The notes beneath the pieces are model-generated. The model did no database searches, was not told the origin of the DNA, and saw only the letters and a program-made list of their open reading frames with translations. Below are positions 9,632 through 20,804 of a DNA stretch of 64,000 nt, piece after piece; the stretch's first letter is position 1, and the number at the start of each line of letters is the position of its first letter. The stretch is taken from NCBI RefSeq assembly GCF_054482525.1, contig NZ_CM137006.1, one strand, 5' to 3'. Both the position numbers and the translations under genes were made by a program.

Positions 9632-11899
9632 ATGAAAGTATTAATTGTTGAAAGCGAGTTTCTCCATCAAGACACCTGGGTCGGTAACGCCGTTGAGCGT
9701 CTGGCTGATGCTTTAAGCCAGCAAAATGTTACCGTGATTAAATCCACCTCCTTTGATGATGGTTTTGCCATTCTCTCTTCAAACGAAGCCATTGACTGCC
9801 TGATGTTCAGCTATCAAATGGAACATCCGGACGAACATCAAAACGTCAGACAATTGATCGGTAAGCTTCATGAGCGCCAACAAAACGTGCCGGTCTTCCT
9901 GTTGGGCGATCGGGAAAAAGCCCTCGCCGCAATGGACCGGGATCTGCTGGAGCTTGTCGATGAATTCGCCTGGATTCTGGAAGATACCGCCGACTTTATC
10001 GCCGGACGCGCCGTTGCCGCGATGACCCGCTACCGCCAGCAACTGTTGCCGCCACTGTTCAGCGCGCTGATGAAATATAGCGACATCCATGAATATTCCT
10101 GGGCAGCGCCAGGCCACCAGGGTGGCGTTGGTTTTACCAAAACACCCGCCGGACGTTTCTACCATGACTACTATGGTGAAAACCTGTTCCGCACCGACAT
10201 GGGCATCGAACGAACTTCCCTCGGTTCTTTGCTTGACCATACTGGCGCATTTGGCGAAAGCGAAAAATATGCCGCACGCGTATTTGGTGCCGATCGCTCC
10301 TGGTCGGTAGTCGTCGGTACTTCCGGCTCTAACCGCACCATCATGCAGGCTTGCATGACCGATAACGATGTCGTGGTCGTTGACCGTAACTGCCATAAAT
10401 CCATCGAACAAGGCTTGATGCTGACAGGCGCGAAACCGGTCTACATGGTGCCAAGCCGCAACCGCTACGGCATTATCGGGCCAATCTATCCGCAGGAAAT
10501 GCAACCTGAAACCTTGCAGAAGAAAATCAGTGAAAGCCCGCTGACTAAAGACAAAGCCGGGCAAAAACCGTCTTACTGCGTAGTGACCAACTGTACCTAT
10601 GACGGCGTGTGTTATAACGCTAAAGAAGCGCAGGATCTGCTGGAAAAAACCTCCGATCGGCTGCACTTTGACGAAGCCTGGTACGGCTATGCACGTTTCA
10701 ACCCGATCTATACCGATCACTATGCCATGCGCGGCGAACCTGGCGATCACAACGGTCCTACCGTTTTCGCCACCCACTCCACCCACAAACTGCTGAATGC
10801 GCTGTCACAGGCCTCTTATATTCATGTACGTGAAGGTCGTGGGGCGATTAACTTCTCTCGCTTCAACCAGGCCTACATGATGCATGCCACCACCTCCCCG
10901 CTGTATGCCATCTGCGCATCTAACGACGTGGCGGTGTCGATGATGGACGGCAACAGCGGCCTGTCACTGACCCAGGAAGTGATCGACGAAGCGGTTGATT
11001 TCCGTCAGGCGATGGCGCGGCTGTATAAAGAGTTCACCGCTGACGGTAGCTGGTTCTTCAAACCGTGGAACAAAGAAGTCGTCACCGACCCACAAACCGG
11101 CAAAACCTATGACTTTGCTGACGCACCAACCAAACTGCTGACCACCGTTCAGGACTGCTGGGTAATGCATCCGGGCGAAAGCTGGCACGGCTTCAAAGAT
11201 ATTCCGGATAACTGGAGTATGCTCGACCCGATTAAAGTCAGCATCCTTGCTCCGGGAATGGGTGAAGATGGTGAACTGGAAGAAACCGGTGTTCCAGCGG
11301 CGCTAGTCACTGCCTGGCTTGGTCGCCACGGCATTGTGCCTACCCGCACCACTGACTTCCAAATTATGTTCCTGTTCTCTATGGGCGTAACCCGTGGGAA
11401 ATGGGGGACTCTGGTTAACACCCTTTGCTCCTTCAAACGCCACTATGACGCCAACACACCGCTGGCGCAGGTGATGCCGGAACTTGTTGAACAATATCCT
11501 GACACTTACGCGAACATGGGGATTCACGATCTGGGTGACACCATGTTTGCCTGGCTGAAAGAAAACAACCCTGGCGCACGGTTGAACGAAGCCTATTCCG
11601 GCCTGCCGGTGGCGGAAATCACCCCACGTGAAGCGTACAACGCGATTGTCGACAACAATGTCGAACTGGTATCCATTGAAAATCTGCCAGGACGCATCGC
11701 GGCAAACTCAGTTATCCCGTATCCGCCAGGAATCCCGATGCTGCTGTCTGGTGAAAACTTCGGCGATAAAAACAGTCCGCAAGTAAGTTATTTACGCTCG
11801 CTGCAATCCTGGGACCATCATTTCCCTGGATTTGAACACGAAACAGAAGGGACAGAAATTATTGACGGTATTTACCACGTTATGTGTGTGAAAGCGTAA
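9632..11899 (+). CDS. adiA: Biodegradative (acid-inducible) arginine decarboxylase AdiA, PLP-dependent, 755 aa
   Basis: Translation MKVLIVESEF…; Orn/Lys/Arg decarboxylase architecture; followed by adiY and adiC. Confidence 0.93.
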   Translation: MKVLIVESEFLHQDTWVGNAVERLADALSQQNVTVIKSTSFDDGFAILSSNEAIDCLMFSYQMEHPDEHQNVRQLIGKLHERQQNVPVFLLGDREKALAAMDRDLLELVDEFAWILEDTADFIAGRAVAAMTRYRQQLLPPLFSALMKYSDIHEYSWAAPGHQGGVGFTKTPAGRFYHDYYGENLFRTDMGIERTSLGSLLDHTGAFGESEKYAARVFGADRSWSVVVGTSGSNRTIMQACMTDNDVVVVDRNCHKSIEQGLMLTGAKPVYMVPSRNRYGIIGPIYPQEMQPETLQKKISESPLTKDKAGQKPSYCVVTNCTYDGVCYNAKEAQDLLEKTSDRLHFDEAWYGYARFNPIYTDHYAMRGEPGDHNGPTVFATHSTHKLLNALSQASYIHVREGRGAINFSRFNQAYMMHATTSPLYAICASNDVAVSMMDGNSGLSLTQEVIDEAVDFRQAMARLYKEFTADGSWFFKPWNKEVVTDPQTGKTYDFADAPTKLLTTVQDCWVMHPGESWHGFKDIPDNWSMLDPIKVSILAPGMGEDGELEETGVPAALVTAWLGRHGIVPTRTTDFQIMFLFSMGVTRGKWGTLVNTLCSFKRHYDANTPLAQVMPELVEQYPDTYANMGIHDLGDTMFAWLKENNPGARLNEAYSGLPVAEITPREAYNAIVDNNVELVSIENLPGRIAANSVIPYPPGIPMLLSGENFGDKNSPQVSYLRSLQSWDHHFPGFEHETEGTEIIDGIYHVMCVKA

Positions 11900-12016
11900 C
11901 CACTATTCCGCTGAAGGCGTAATTGTTAAATAACATTACGCCGCCTGGCTTGAGGCCTTTTAAGTATGGCAACGTTTTCATAAAAATTGCTGCAAACAAA
12001 AAATGTCATGCTTTTT

Positions 12017-12043
12017 GCGCGGTCCCACCCCGCGCTTTTTTTT
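12017..12043 (+). terminator. Rho-independent terminator: gcgcggtcccaccccgcgc stem followed by T8
   Basis: Hairpin plus T-run read from sequence downstream of adiA. Confidence 0.5.
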
Positions 12044-12234
12044 GCCTGTTATTTATCCTTTTTTTAGCCTGTAAAAAAATATGTACATGAGAAATTACTA
12101 TAAAAATTTGTAATATTAGTAAAACTCGTTATTTTTATGCATGTTTATATTCATCATACAATTATATAACCATTTCCCGGTATCGCTTCGCTTTAGCGAG
12201 AACTGGTCTTTTATTCGCACTCAGGAGTACATGT

Positions 12235-12996
12235 ATGAGGATTTGCAGCGACCAACCTTGTATTGTTTTATTGACTGAAAAAGATGTCTGGATAAGGGTG
12301 AATGGGAAAGAACCTATTAGCCTTAAAGCTAACCATATGGCGTTATTAAATTGTGAAAATAATATTATCGACGTCTCCTCTCTTAATAACACTTTGGTTG
12401 CTCATATTAGTCACGACATCATCAAAGATTACCTCCGGTTTCTGAATAAAGATCTCTCGCAAATACCAGTATGGCAACGTAGCGCTACGCCCATCCTCAC
12501 TCTGCCATGCCTGACGCCAGACGTCTTTCGCGTTGCCGCGCAACACAGCATGATGCCCGCTGAAACTGAGTCAGAAAAGGAACGAACACGTGCATTATTA
12601 TTCACTGTGCTATCCCGTTTTCTCGACAGTAAAAAATTCCTTTCATTAATGATGTATATGTTACGTAATTGTGTAAGCGACAGCGTTTATCAAATTATTG
12701 AAAGCGATATTCACAAAGACTGGAATCTTAGTATGGTAGCCAGTTGTTTATGTCTTAGCCCAAGTCTGTTAAAGAAAAAGCTGAAAAGCGAAAACACCAG
12801 TTATAGCCAAATAATCACCACCTGCCGCATGCGTTATGCCGTAAATGAATTAATGATGGACGGTAAAAATATCTCTCAGGTTTCACAGTCCTGCGGCTAC
12901 AACAGTACGTCGTACTTTATTTCTGTCTTTAAAGACTTCTACGGTATGACGCCGCTGCATTATGTTAGTCAGCACAGAGAACGCACTGTCGCCTGA
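12235..12996 (+). CDS. adiY: AraC-family regulator AdiY, 253 aa
   Basis: ORF between adiA and adiC; C-terminal AraC HTH region; AT-rich coding sequence. Confidence 0.88.
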   Translation: MRICSDQPCIVLLTEKDVWIRVNGKEPISLKANHMALLNCENNIIDVSSLNNTLVAHISHDIIKDYLRFLNKDLSQIPVWQRSATPILTLPCLTPDVFRVAAQHSMMPAETESEKERTRALLFTVLSRFLDSKKFLSLMMYMLRNCVSDSVYQIIESDIHKDWNLSMVASCLCLSPSLLKKKLKSENTSYSQIITTCRMRYAVNELMMDGKNISQVSQSCGYNSTSYFISVFKDFYGMTPLHYVSQHRERTVA

Positions 12997-13132
12997 TTTT
13001 TAACCTTAACGAAGAGCTATATTAATAACGGCATCAGCGATAACCCGGTCGATAATAATTCAACTATCGAATGCAGGCGTATGATATGACGTAATTTATT
13101 GTCACGAAGCTCGCCTTCGCAGGAGTTTAATT

Positions 13133-14470
13133 ATGTCTTCGGATGCTGATGCTCACAAAGTGGGCTTAATCCCCGTCACCCTGATGGTGTCGGGGAATAT
13201 TATGGGGTCAGGTGTTTATCTGTTACCTGCAAACCTGGCCTCCACTGGCGGGATTGCCATTTATGGATGGTTGGTGACGATTATCGGTGCGCTGGGGCTC
13301 TCGATGGTATACGCCAAAATGTCGTTCCTCGACCCAAGTCCTGGTGGTTCTTACGCTTACGCCCGCCGCTGCTTTGGCCCGTTTCTCGGTTATCAAACCA
13401 ACGTCCTCTACTGGCTGGCCTGCTGGATCGGCAATATCGCCATGGTGGTCATTGGCGTAGGTTATTTAAGTTACTTCTTCCCGATTCTGAAAGATCCATT
13501 GGTATTAACCATCACCTGCGTCGTGGTGCTGTGGATCTTCGTCCTGCTGAATATTGTCGGTCCGAAAATGATCACCCGCGTGCAGGCCGTTGCCACCGTG
13601 CTGGCGCTGATCCCCATCGTCGGGATTGCCGTATTTGGCTGGTTCTGGTTCCGTGGTGAAACCTATATGGCGGCATGGAACGTCAGCGGCCTGGGCACCT
13701 TCGGCGCGATTCAAAGTACCCTTAACGTTACGCTGTGGTCGTTCATCGGTGTGGAAAGTGCCTCCGTTGCCGCAGGTGTGGTGAAAAACCCGAAACGCAA
13801 CGTCCCTATCGCCACCATAGGTGGGGTATTGATTGCCGCCGTTTGCTATGTGCTCTCCACCACCGCGATTATGGGGATGATCCCTAATGCCGCACTGCGC
13901 GTTTCTGCCTCGCCATTCGGTGATGCCGCACGGATGGCGTTGGGTGACACCGCCGGGGCCATTGTTTCCTTCTGCGCAGCTGCGGGTTGCTTAGGTTCAC
14001 TGGGCGGCTGGACGTTGCTGGCGGGGCAAACGGCGAAAGCCGCTGCCGATGACGGACTGTTCCCACCGATTTTTGCCCGTGTAAATAAAGCGGGTACGCC
14101 AGTGGCAGGGCTGATTATCGTCGGTATTTTGATGACCATCTTCCAGCTCAGCAGCATTTCACCAAACGCGACCAAAGAGTTCGGTCTGGTTTCTTCCGTC
14201 TCGGTCATCTTTACACTGGTGCCATATCTTTACACCTGTGCGGCGTTACTGCTGCTCGGCCACGGTCACTTTGGTAAAGCACGCCCGGCATATCTGGCAG
14301 TTACTACCATTGCCTTCCTCTACTGCATCTGGGCCGTGGTGGGGTCCGGGGCGAAAGAGGTTATGTGGTCATTTGTCACCCTGATGGTCATCACCGCCAT
14401 GTATGCGCTGAATTACAACCGGCTGCATAAAAACCCGTATCCCTTAGATGCACCAATAAGCAAAGATTAA
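13133..14470 (+). CDS. adiC: Arginine:agmatine antiporter AdiC (APC family), 445 aa
   Basis: 12-TM hydrophobic ORF; synteny with adiA/adiY. Confidence 0.92.
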   Translation: MSSDADAHKVGLIPVTLMVSGNIMGSGVYLLPANLASTGGIAIYGWLVTIIGALGLSMVYAKMSFLDPSPGGSYAYARRCFGPFLGYQTNVLYWLACWIGNIAMVVIGVGYLSYFFPILKDPLVLTITCVVVLWIFVLLNIVGPKMITRVQAVATVLALIPIVGIAVFGWFWFRGETYMAAWNVSGLGTFGAIQSTLNVTLWSFIGVESASVAAGVVKNPKRNVPIATIGGVLIAAVCYVLSTTAIMGMIPNAALRVSASPFGDAARMALGDTAGAIVSFCAAAGCLGSLGGWTLLAGQTAKAAADDGLFPPIFARVNKAGTPVAGLIIVGILMTIFQLSSISPNATKEFGLVSSVSVIFTLVPYLYTCAALLLLGHGHFGKARPAYLAVTTIAFLYCIWAVVGSGAKEVMWSFVTLMVITAMYALNYNRLHKNPYPLDAPISKD

Positions 14471-14573
14471 TTCCCCTTAATCCAGCAAACATAAAAGCCA
14501 ACCTTAAGAACTTAAGGTTGGCTTAATTTTGCTTTGCGAGCATATGCGCACTTTGTTCGATGGAAACACCGTG

Positions 14574-16217
14574 ATGTTGAAGCGCCTACTAAAAAGACCC
14601 TCTTTGAATTTACTCGCCTGGCTATTGTTGGCCGCTTTTTATATCTCTATCTGCCTGAATATTGCCTTTTTTAAACAGGTGTTGCAGGCGCTGCCGCTGG
14701 ACTCGCTGCATAACGTACTGGTTTTCTTGTCGATGCCGGTCGTCGCTTTCAGCGTGATTAATATTGTCCTGACACTAAGCTCTTTCTTATGGCTTAATCG
14801 ACCGCTGGCCTGCCTGTTTATTCTGGTTGGCGCGGCTGCACAATATTTCATAATGACTTACGGCATCGTCATCGACCGCTCGATGATTGCCAATATTATT
14901 GATACCACTCCGGCAGAAAGTTATGCGCTGATGACACCGCAAATGTTATTAACGCTGGGATTCAGCGGCGTGCTTGCTGCGCTGATTGCCTGCTGGATTA
15001 AAATCAAACCTGCCACCTCGCGTCTGCGCAGTGTTCTTTTCCGTGGTGCCAATATTCTGGTTTCTGTACTGCTGATTTTGCTGGTCGCCGCACTGTTTTA
15101 TAAAGACTACGCCTCGTTGTTTCGCAATAACAAAGAGCTGGTGAAGTCCTTAAGCCCCTCTAACAGCATTGTTGCCAGCTGGTCATGGTACTCCCATCAG
15201 CGACTGGCAAATCTGCCGCTGGTGCGAATTGGAGAAGACGCGCACCGCAACCCATTAATGCAGAACGAGACACGTAAAAATTTGACCATCCTGATTGTCG
15301 GCGAAACCTCGCGGGCGGAGAACTTCTCCCTCAACGGCTACCCGCGTGAAACTAACCCGCGGCTGGCGAAAGATAACGTGGTCTATTTCCCTAATACCGC
15401 ATCTTGCGGCACGGCAACGGCAGTTTCAGTACCGTGCATGTTCTCGGATATGCCGCGTGAGCATTACAAAGAAGAGTTGGCACAGCACCAGGAAGGCGTG
15501 CTGGATATCATTCAGCGAGCTGGCATCAACGTACTGTGGAATGACAACGATGGCGGCTGTAAAGGTGCCTGCGACCGCGTGCCTCACCAGAACGTCACCG
15601 CGCTGAATCTGCCTGGTCAGTGCATCAACGGCGAATGCTATGACGAAGTGCTGTTTCACGGGCTGGAAGAGTACATCAATAACCTGCAGGGTGATGGCGT
15701 GATTGTCTTACACACCATCGGCAGCCACGGTCCGACCTATTACAACCGCTATCCGCCGCAGTTCAGGAAATTTACCCCAACCTGCGACACTAACGAGATC
15801 CAGACCTGTACCAAAGAGCAACTGGTGAACACTTACGACAACACGCTGGTTTACGTCGACTATATTGTTGATAAAGCGATTAATCTGCTGAAAGAACATC
15901 AGGATAAATTCACCACCAGCCTGGTTTATCTTTCTGACCACGGTGAATCGTTAGGTGAAAATGGCATCTATCTGCACGGTCTGCCTTATGCCATCGCCCC
16001 GGATAGCCAAAAACAGGTGCCGATGCTGCTGTGGCTGTCGGAGGATTATCAAAAACGGTATCAGGTTGACCAGAACTGCCTGCAAAAACAGGCGCAAACG
16101 CAACACTATTCACAAGACAATTTATTCTCCACGCTATTGGGATTAACTGGCGTTGAGACGAAGTATTACCAGGCTGCGGATGATATTCTGCAAACTTGCA
16201 GGAGAGTGAGTGAATGA
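14574..16217 (+). CDS. eptA: Lipid A phosphoethanolamine transferase EptA (PmrC), 547 aa
   Basis: Translation from [14 protein letters not shown]…; N-terminal TM domain plus sulfatase-like periplasmic domain; stop overlaps basR start (ATGA). Confidence 0.9.
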   Translation: MLKRLLKRPSLNLLAWLLLAAFYISICLNIAFFKQVLQALPLDSLHNVLVFLSMPVVAFSVINIVLTLSSFLWLNRPLACLFILVGAAAQYFIMTYGIVIDRSMIANIIDTTPAESYALMTPQMLLTLGFSGVLAALIACWIKIKPATSRLRSVLFRGANILVSVLLILLVAALFYKDYASLFRNNKELVKSLSPSNSIVASWSWYSHQRLANLPLVRIGEDAHRNPLMQNETRKNLTILIVGETSRAENFSLNGYPRETNPRLAKDNVVYFPNTASCGTATAVSVPCMFSDMPREHYKEELAQHQEGVLDIIQRAGINVLWNDNDGGCKGACDRVPHQNVTALNLPGQCINGECYDEVLFHGLEEYINNLQGDGVIVLHTIGSHGPTYYNRYPPQFRKFTPTCDTNEIQTCTKEQLVNTYDNTLVYVDYIVDKAINLLKEHQDKFTTSLVYLSDHGESLGENGIYLHGLPYAIAPDSQKQVPMLLWLSEDYQKRYQVDQNCLQKQAQTQHYSQDNLFSTLLGLTGVETKYYQAADDILQTCRRVSE

Positions 16218-16882
16218 AAATTCTGATTGTTGAAGACGATACGCTGTTATTGCAGGGATTGATTCTGGCGGCGCAAACCGAAGGCTACGCATGCGATGGC
16301 GTGACAACCGCGCGGATGGCGGAACAAAGCCTTGAGGCCGGTCATTACAGCCTGGTAGTACTGGATTTAGGGTTACCCGATGAAGATGGACTGCATTTTC
16401 TCGCCCGTATCCGGCAGAAAAAATATACCCTGCCGGTACTGATCCTCACCGCTCGCGATACGCTGACCGACAAAATCGCCGGGCTGGATGTCGGTGCCGA
16501 TGACTATCTGGTGAAGCCTTTTGCGCTGGAAGAGTTACACGCCCGTATCCGCGCCCTGCTACGACGCCATAATAATCAGGGTGAAAGTGAGCTGATTGTT
16601 GGCAATCTGACGCTAAATATGGGTCGCCGTCAGGTCTGGATGGGCGGTGAAGAGTTGATTCTGACGCCTAAAGAATATGCTCTGCTGTCACGGTTAATGC
16701 TCAAAGCAGGCAGTCCGGTGCATCGGGAAATTCTCTACAACGACATCTATAACTGGGACAATGAACCCTCGACCAACACCCTGGAAGTGCATATCCACAA
16801 TCTGCGCGACAAAGTGGGCAAAGCCCGTATCCGCACCGTGCGTGGTTTTGGCTATATGCTGGTCGCAAATGAGGAAAACTAA
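16214..16882 (+). CDS. basR: Two-component response regulator BasR (PmrA), OmpR family, 222 aa
   Basis: MKILIVEDD… receiver domain and winged-helix C-terminus; operon with eptA/basS. Confidence 0.93.
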   Translation: MKILIVEDDTLLLQGLILAAQTEGYACDGVTTARMAEQSLEAGHYSLVVLDLGLPDEDGLHFLARIRQKKYTLPVLILTARDTLTDKIAGLDVGADDYLVKPFALEELHARIRALLRRHNNQGESELIVGNLTLNMGRRQVWMGGEELILTPKEYALLSRLMLKAGSPVHREILYNDIYNWDNEPSTNTLEVHIHNLRDKVGKARIRTVRGFGYMLVANEEN

Positions 16883-16891
16883 TTGAATCTG

Positions 16892-17983
16892 ATGCGTTTT
16901 CTGCGCCGACCAATATCGCTGCGCCAACGGCTGATATTGACCATCGGGGCCATTTTGTTGGTGTTTGAGCTGATCAGCGTCTTCTGGCTATGGCATGAAA
17001 GTACCGAGCAGATTCAGCTGTTTGAGCAGGCGCTACGCGACAATCGCAACAACGATCGCCACATCATGCGTGAGATCCGCGAGGCGGTCGCCAGCCTGAT
17101 CGTCCCCGGCGTCTTTATGGTCAGCCTGACGCTATTTATCTGCTATCAGGCGGTACGCCGCATCACCCGCCCGCTGGCGGAGCTGCAAAAAGAGCTGGAA
17201 GCGCGCACCGCCGACAATTTAACGCCTATTGCCATTCACAGTGCCACCCTCGAAATCGAAGCGGTGGTTTCGGCGTTAAACGATCTGGTCAGTCGCCTGA
17301 CCAACACGCTGGATAACGAAAGGTTGTTTACCGCTGACGTCGCGCATGAACTGCGAACGCCACTGGCGGGGGTGCGTTTGCATCTGGAACTGCTGGCGAA
17401 AACGCATCACATTGATGTAGCACCGTTAGTGGCACGGCTTGATCAGATGATGGAGAGTGTCTCCCAGCTACTGCAACTGGCGCGTGCCGGACAGTCATTT
17501 TCTTCCGGGAATTATCAACATGTAAAACTGCTGGAAGATGTCATTCTCCACTCGTATGACGAACTCAGTACCATGCTCGACCAGCGACAGCAAAACCTGC
17601 TATTGCCAGAGAGCGCCGCCGACATCACCGTTCAGGGTGATGCAACCCTGCTGCGGATGTTATTGCGAAACCTGGTAGAAAACGCCCATCGTTACAGCCC
17701 GCAAGGCAGCAACATTATGATTAAGCTGCAAGAAGATGGCGGAGCGGTCATGGCCGTTGAAGATGAAGGACCGGGTATTGATGAGAGTAAATGCGGGGAG
17801 TTGAGTAAAGCGTTTGTACGTATGGACAGCCGTTATGGCGGGATTGGTCTGGGGTTAAGTATTGTCAGCCGCATTACACAGTTGCATCACGGGCAGTTTT
17901 TCCTGCAAAACCGGCAAGAGACTTCTGGCACGCGGGCCTGGGTACGGCTGAAGAAAGATCAGTACGTGGCAAACCAGATATAA
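16892..17983 (+). CDS. basS: Sensor histidine kinase BasS (PmrB), 363 aa
   Basis: H-box ADVAHELRTPL and ATPase motifs; start taken at ATG 16892 (the listed ORF begins at an upstream TTG). Confidence 0.9.
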   Translation: MRFLRRPISLRQRLILTIGAILLVFELISVFWLWHESTEQIQLFEQALRDNRNNDRHIMREIREAVASLIVPGVFMVSLTLFICYQAVRRITRPLAELQKELEARTADNLTPIAIHSATLEIEAVVSALNDLVSRLTNTLDNERLFTADVAHELRTPLAGVRLHLELLAKTHHIDVAPLVARLDQMMESVSQLLQLARAGQSFSSGNYQHVKLLEDVILHSYDELSTMLDQRQQNLLLPESAADITVQGDATLLRMLLRNLVENAHRYSPQGSNIMIKLQEDGGAVMAVEDEGPGIDESKCGELSKAFVRMDSRYGGIGLGLSIVSRITQLHHGQFFLQNRQETSGTRAWVRLKKDQYVANQI

Positions 17984-18048
17984 AGAAAGCTGCTGACCAC
18001 CAGCACGCTGAACACGGTAGTTAAACTTTCATAAACACGGTTTTTCAT
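17959..18048 (-). CDS. pmrR: Small membrane peptide PmrR, 29 aa (MKNRVYESLTTVFSVLVVSSFLYIWFATY)
   Basis: Short ORF on minus strand with RBS ggagag upstream; I recognise the peptide as PmrR; its 3-prime end overlaps the basS 3-prime end on the opposite strand. Confidence 0.65.
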   Translation of the reverse strand: MKNRVYESLTTVFSVLVVSSFLYIWFATY

Positions 18049-18118
18049 TGCACTCTCCTCCGTTAACCTGGAGGAGAGTATGCGCGTCAGAGATTAAGTG
18101 AACCTTAAGAGTTCAATT

Positions 18119-18147
18119 GGCCTGATAAGACAGCGTCACATCAGGCC
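18119..18147. repeat. REP element (ggcctgataagacagcgtcacatcaggcc)
   Basis: Canonical REP palindrome between pmrR and proP. Confidence 0.75.
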
Positions 18148-18159
18148 ATCCGTTTCAGC

Positions 18160-19662
18160 TTATTCATCAATTCGCGGATGTTGCTGCACCAGGCGGGTAC
18201 GTTTCGCCTGCAAATCGGCAATCTCGTGGTCAATATCATCGATTTTCTGCTCGATATTATCGTAATGCTCGACGAGAATTTCCTTCGCTTCCTGTATATC
18301 TGACGCCGCCGGTGTCGCACCTTTCAACGGACGATTCGCCGTCTCTTTCATGGTTACGCCGGTGATTAAACCAACCACCGCCACTACCATCAGGTAATAG
18401 GCAGGCATCATCAGATTCTGCGAGCTTTCGACCAGCCAGGCCGCCAGTGTTGGCGTCAGACCGGCAACCAGCACCGAAATATTAAATGCCGCCGCCAGCG
18501 CGCTGTAACGGATATGCGTCGGGAACATCGCTGGCAAGGTAGAAGCCATAACGCCCGTAAAGCAGTTAAGGATCACCGCCAGCATCAGTAACCCGGCAAA
18601 AATCAGGCCGATGACGTTACTGTTAATCAGAATAAACGCCGGGATCGCCAACACAAACAGTGCAACACTACCAAGTAGCACAAACGGACGACGGCCAAAA
18701 CGGTCACTCAGCAAGCCCATCACCGGCTGGACAAACAGCATACCGATCATAATGGCGATAATAATCAGCACCCCGTGGTCTTCGGAGTAATGCAGGTTAT
18801 GCGACAAATAACTCGGCATATAGGTCAGCAACATGTAGTAAGTCACGTTGGTGGCAATTACCAGACCAATACATGTCAACAGGCTGCGCCAGTATTTAGT
18901 GGCAATCTCTTTAAACGAGACTTTCGGGCCATCCTGCAAACCTTCGCGGTCGCCCTGTTCCAGTTTATCAACATGCTGCTGGAACGCCGGAGTCTCTTCC
19001 AGCGCATGGCGCAGGTAAAGCCCGATAATCCCTAACGGCAGAGCAATAAAGAACGGAATACGCCAGCCCCAGTCGAGGAAGTTCGCTTCGCCGACAATGG
19101 TCGAAATTAACACCACCACGCCCGCACCCAGCACAAACCCGGCAATAGAACCGAAGTCCAGCCAGCTGCCCATAAATCCACGTTTACGGTCAGGGGAGTA
19201 TTCCGCAACAAATATCGACGCCCCGGTATATTCACCGCCGACCGAGAAACCTTGTGCCATCTTACAGATCAACAGCAGAATCGGTGCCCAAATACCAATC
19301 GTATCGTAGGACGGTATTAAGCCAATACAGAACGTACTGATCGACATAATCACAATAGTGATAGCGAGGATCTTCTGGCGACCATATTTATCGCCCAACA
19401 TACCAAAGAAGAGTCCACCAAGCGGTCGAATCAGAAAGGGAACGGAGAAAGTGGCAAGTGCAGCAACCATCTGCACGCTGGGGTCAGCCCCCGGGAAAAA
19501 AACTTTACCTAATGCGTAAGCAACAAAACCATAAACACCAAAATCAAACCATTCCATTGCATTACCCAGTGATGCTGCGGTAATGGCTTTACGCAGTTTA
19601 CCGTCATCAATAATAGTGACATCACGAAGGGTAATTGGTTTTACTTTTTTCCTTTTCAGCAT
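18160..19662 (-). CDS. proP: Proline/glycine betaine:H+ symporter ProP (MFS) with C-terminal coiled coil, 500 aa
   Basis: Translation from MLKRKKVKPITLRDVTIIDDGKLRK…; MFS topology; start chosen at internal ATG. Confidence 0.92.
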   Translation of the reverse strand: MLKRKKVKPITLRDVTIIDDGKLRKAITAASLGNAMEWFDFGVYGFVAYALGKVFFPGADPSVQMVAALATFSVPFLIRPLGGLFFGMLGDKYGRQKILAITIVIMSISTFCIGLIPSYDTIGIWAPILLLICKMAQGFSVGGEYTGASIFVAEYSPDRKRGFMGSWLDFGSIAGFVLGAGVVVLISTIVGEANFLDWGWRIPFFIALPLGIIGLYLRHALEETPAFQQHVDKLEQGDREGLQDGPKVSFKEIATKYWRSLLTCIGLVIATNVTYYMLLTYMPSYLSHNLHYSEDHGVLIIIAIMIGMLFVQPVMGLLSDRFGRRPFVLLGSVALFVLAIPAFILINSNVIGLIFAGLLMLAVILNCFTGVMASTLPAMFPTHIRYSALAAAFNISVLVAGLTPTLAAWLVESSQNLMMPAYYLMVVAVVGLITGVTMKETANRPLKGATPAASDIQEAKEILVEHYDNIEQKIDDIDHEIADLQAKRTRLVQQHPRIDE

Positions 19663-19925
19663 AGCTTTCCTCGCAGAGTTGGCCCATTTCCGCAAACGCC
19701 AGAAAAATCAGCGCGACGGCCGCAAAAGGGGAGCGGGAATTGCAGGATGCAATCTCTGTAACAAGCGTAGCGGGTTTGCTTACACCCTCCGGTTAAGGAA
19801 TGTACAATCAAACCAGTTGACGCCTGAATTGGGCAGTTAATGACCTTTTTACCCTACCAGTGTTTAAATTTGTGATCAACTTCACACATGCATTTCGTTT
19901 AGGACTCATTGGTGTAACTGATTAT

Positions 19926-20804
19926 TTACACCAAATTTACAGAGAAGATTTCCTCGACCATTGCCCCCGCCAGACGCTGCGCTGAACAGAGTCGTGGCAT
20001 CCCCAGTGCGACAGTTCGCCAGCGTTGGGTCACTGACCAGCAAACGGGTTGTTTATCTGCCGTGGACCACTTTCCCAGCCAACTTAAAAAATCAGCATGA
20101 TCCCCGCCCGTCGAAACGGTCGAAGAGGCAAACCACTGATGGTAATAGTGACGCGTGGTCGGGGCCGCATTGATACTCTCTGCCAGATGTTGTGTCGCTT
20201 TCACGCGCAAATCACCCAGCAACAACGCCACCGCTTGCGGGCTTCCCAGACGGCAGGCATCGCCAAATCCCCCCCAGCGCAACTCCTCCAGAACGATAAA
20301 ACAGCGCCCAGGCAACGACCAGGCGTTATACGCCCCAGCACGCCAGCGGGTAAAAATTTGCTCGCTCTGTTCACCCGCCTGCACCAGTAGGCCTCGTTGC
20401 GTTAACGCCTTTTCCTTCCAGCGACAACGGGCTGAAAACCACTCATACAAGGCGGCAATTTGCTGGGGGAGCTCAGGGAAAGCAGAGTGCTGGCGGTGAT
20501 CCATTTTTTGCAGCAGCGCCAGATGTTGCGCGATCTGCGTCAGCGCCAGATGACCGGGATCCAGCATCGAAGCCAGTTTTTCCACCAATGTCAGACGCAG
20601 GCTAAGCGGCGCATTTAACATCCCGCCGTTCGTCCATGCCTGAAGCTGCACACGCGCAAGAAGTTCCTGCATCAGTCGTTCACGAAACTGCTGCTGATGG
20701 GGTTGTGGATGGCGGACATCATCGCCCTGCGCCAGATCCACTAAAAAGCGCGGATGAACCGACTCCAGCACGCGACCGGGGCCGTCCAGTAACGTCTTGG
20801 TCAA
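19926..20804 (-). CDS. yjcZ: Uncharacterised protein YjcZ, 292 aa
   Basis: ORF immediately downstream of crfC, 4-bp overlap with crfC stop; matches K-12 yjcZ by position and length. Confidence 0.8.
   Translation of the reverse strand: MTKTLLDGPGRVLESVHPRFLVDLAQGDDVRHPQPHQQQFRERLMQELLARVQLQAWTNGGMLNAPLSLRLTLVEKLASMLDPGHLALTQIAQHLALLQKMDHRQHSAFPELPQQIAALYEWFSARCRWKEKALTQRGLLVQAGEQSEQIFTRWRAGAYNAWSLPGRCFIVLEELRWGGFGDACRLGSPQAVALLLGDLRVKATQHLAESINAAPTTRHYYHQWFASSTVSTGGDHADFLSWLGKWSTADKQPVCWSVTQRWRTVALGMPRLCSAQRLAGAMVEEIFSVNLV

Noticed and set aside
9779-10786. 335 aa minus-strand ORF inside adiA
   Set aside because: Antisense shadow ORF of adiA; low-complexity translation, no start context.
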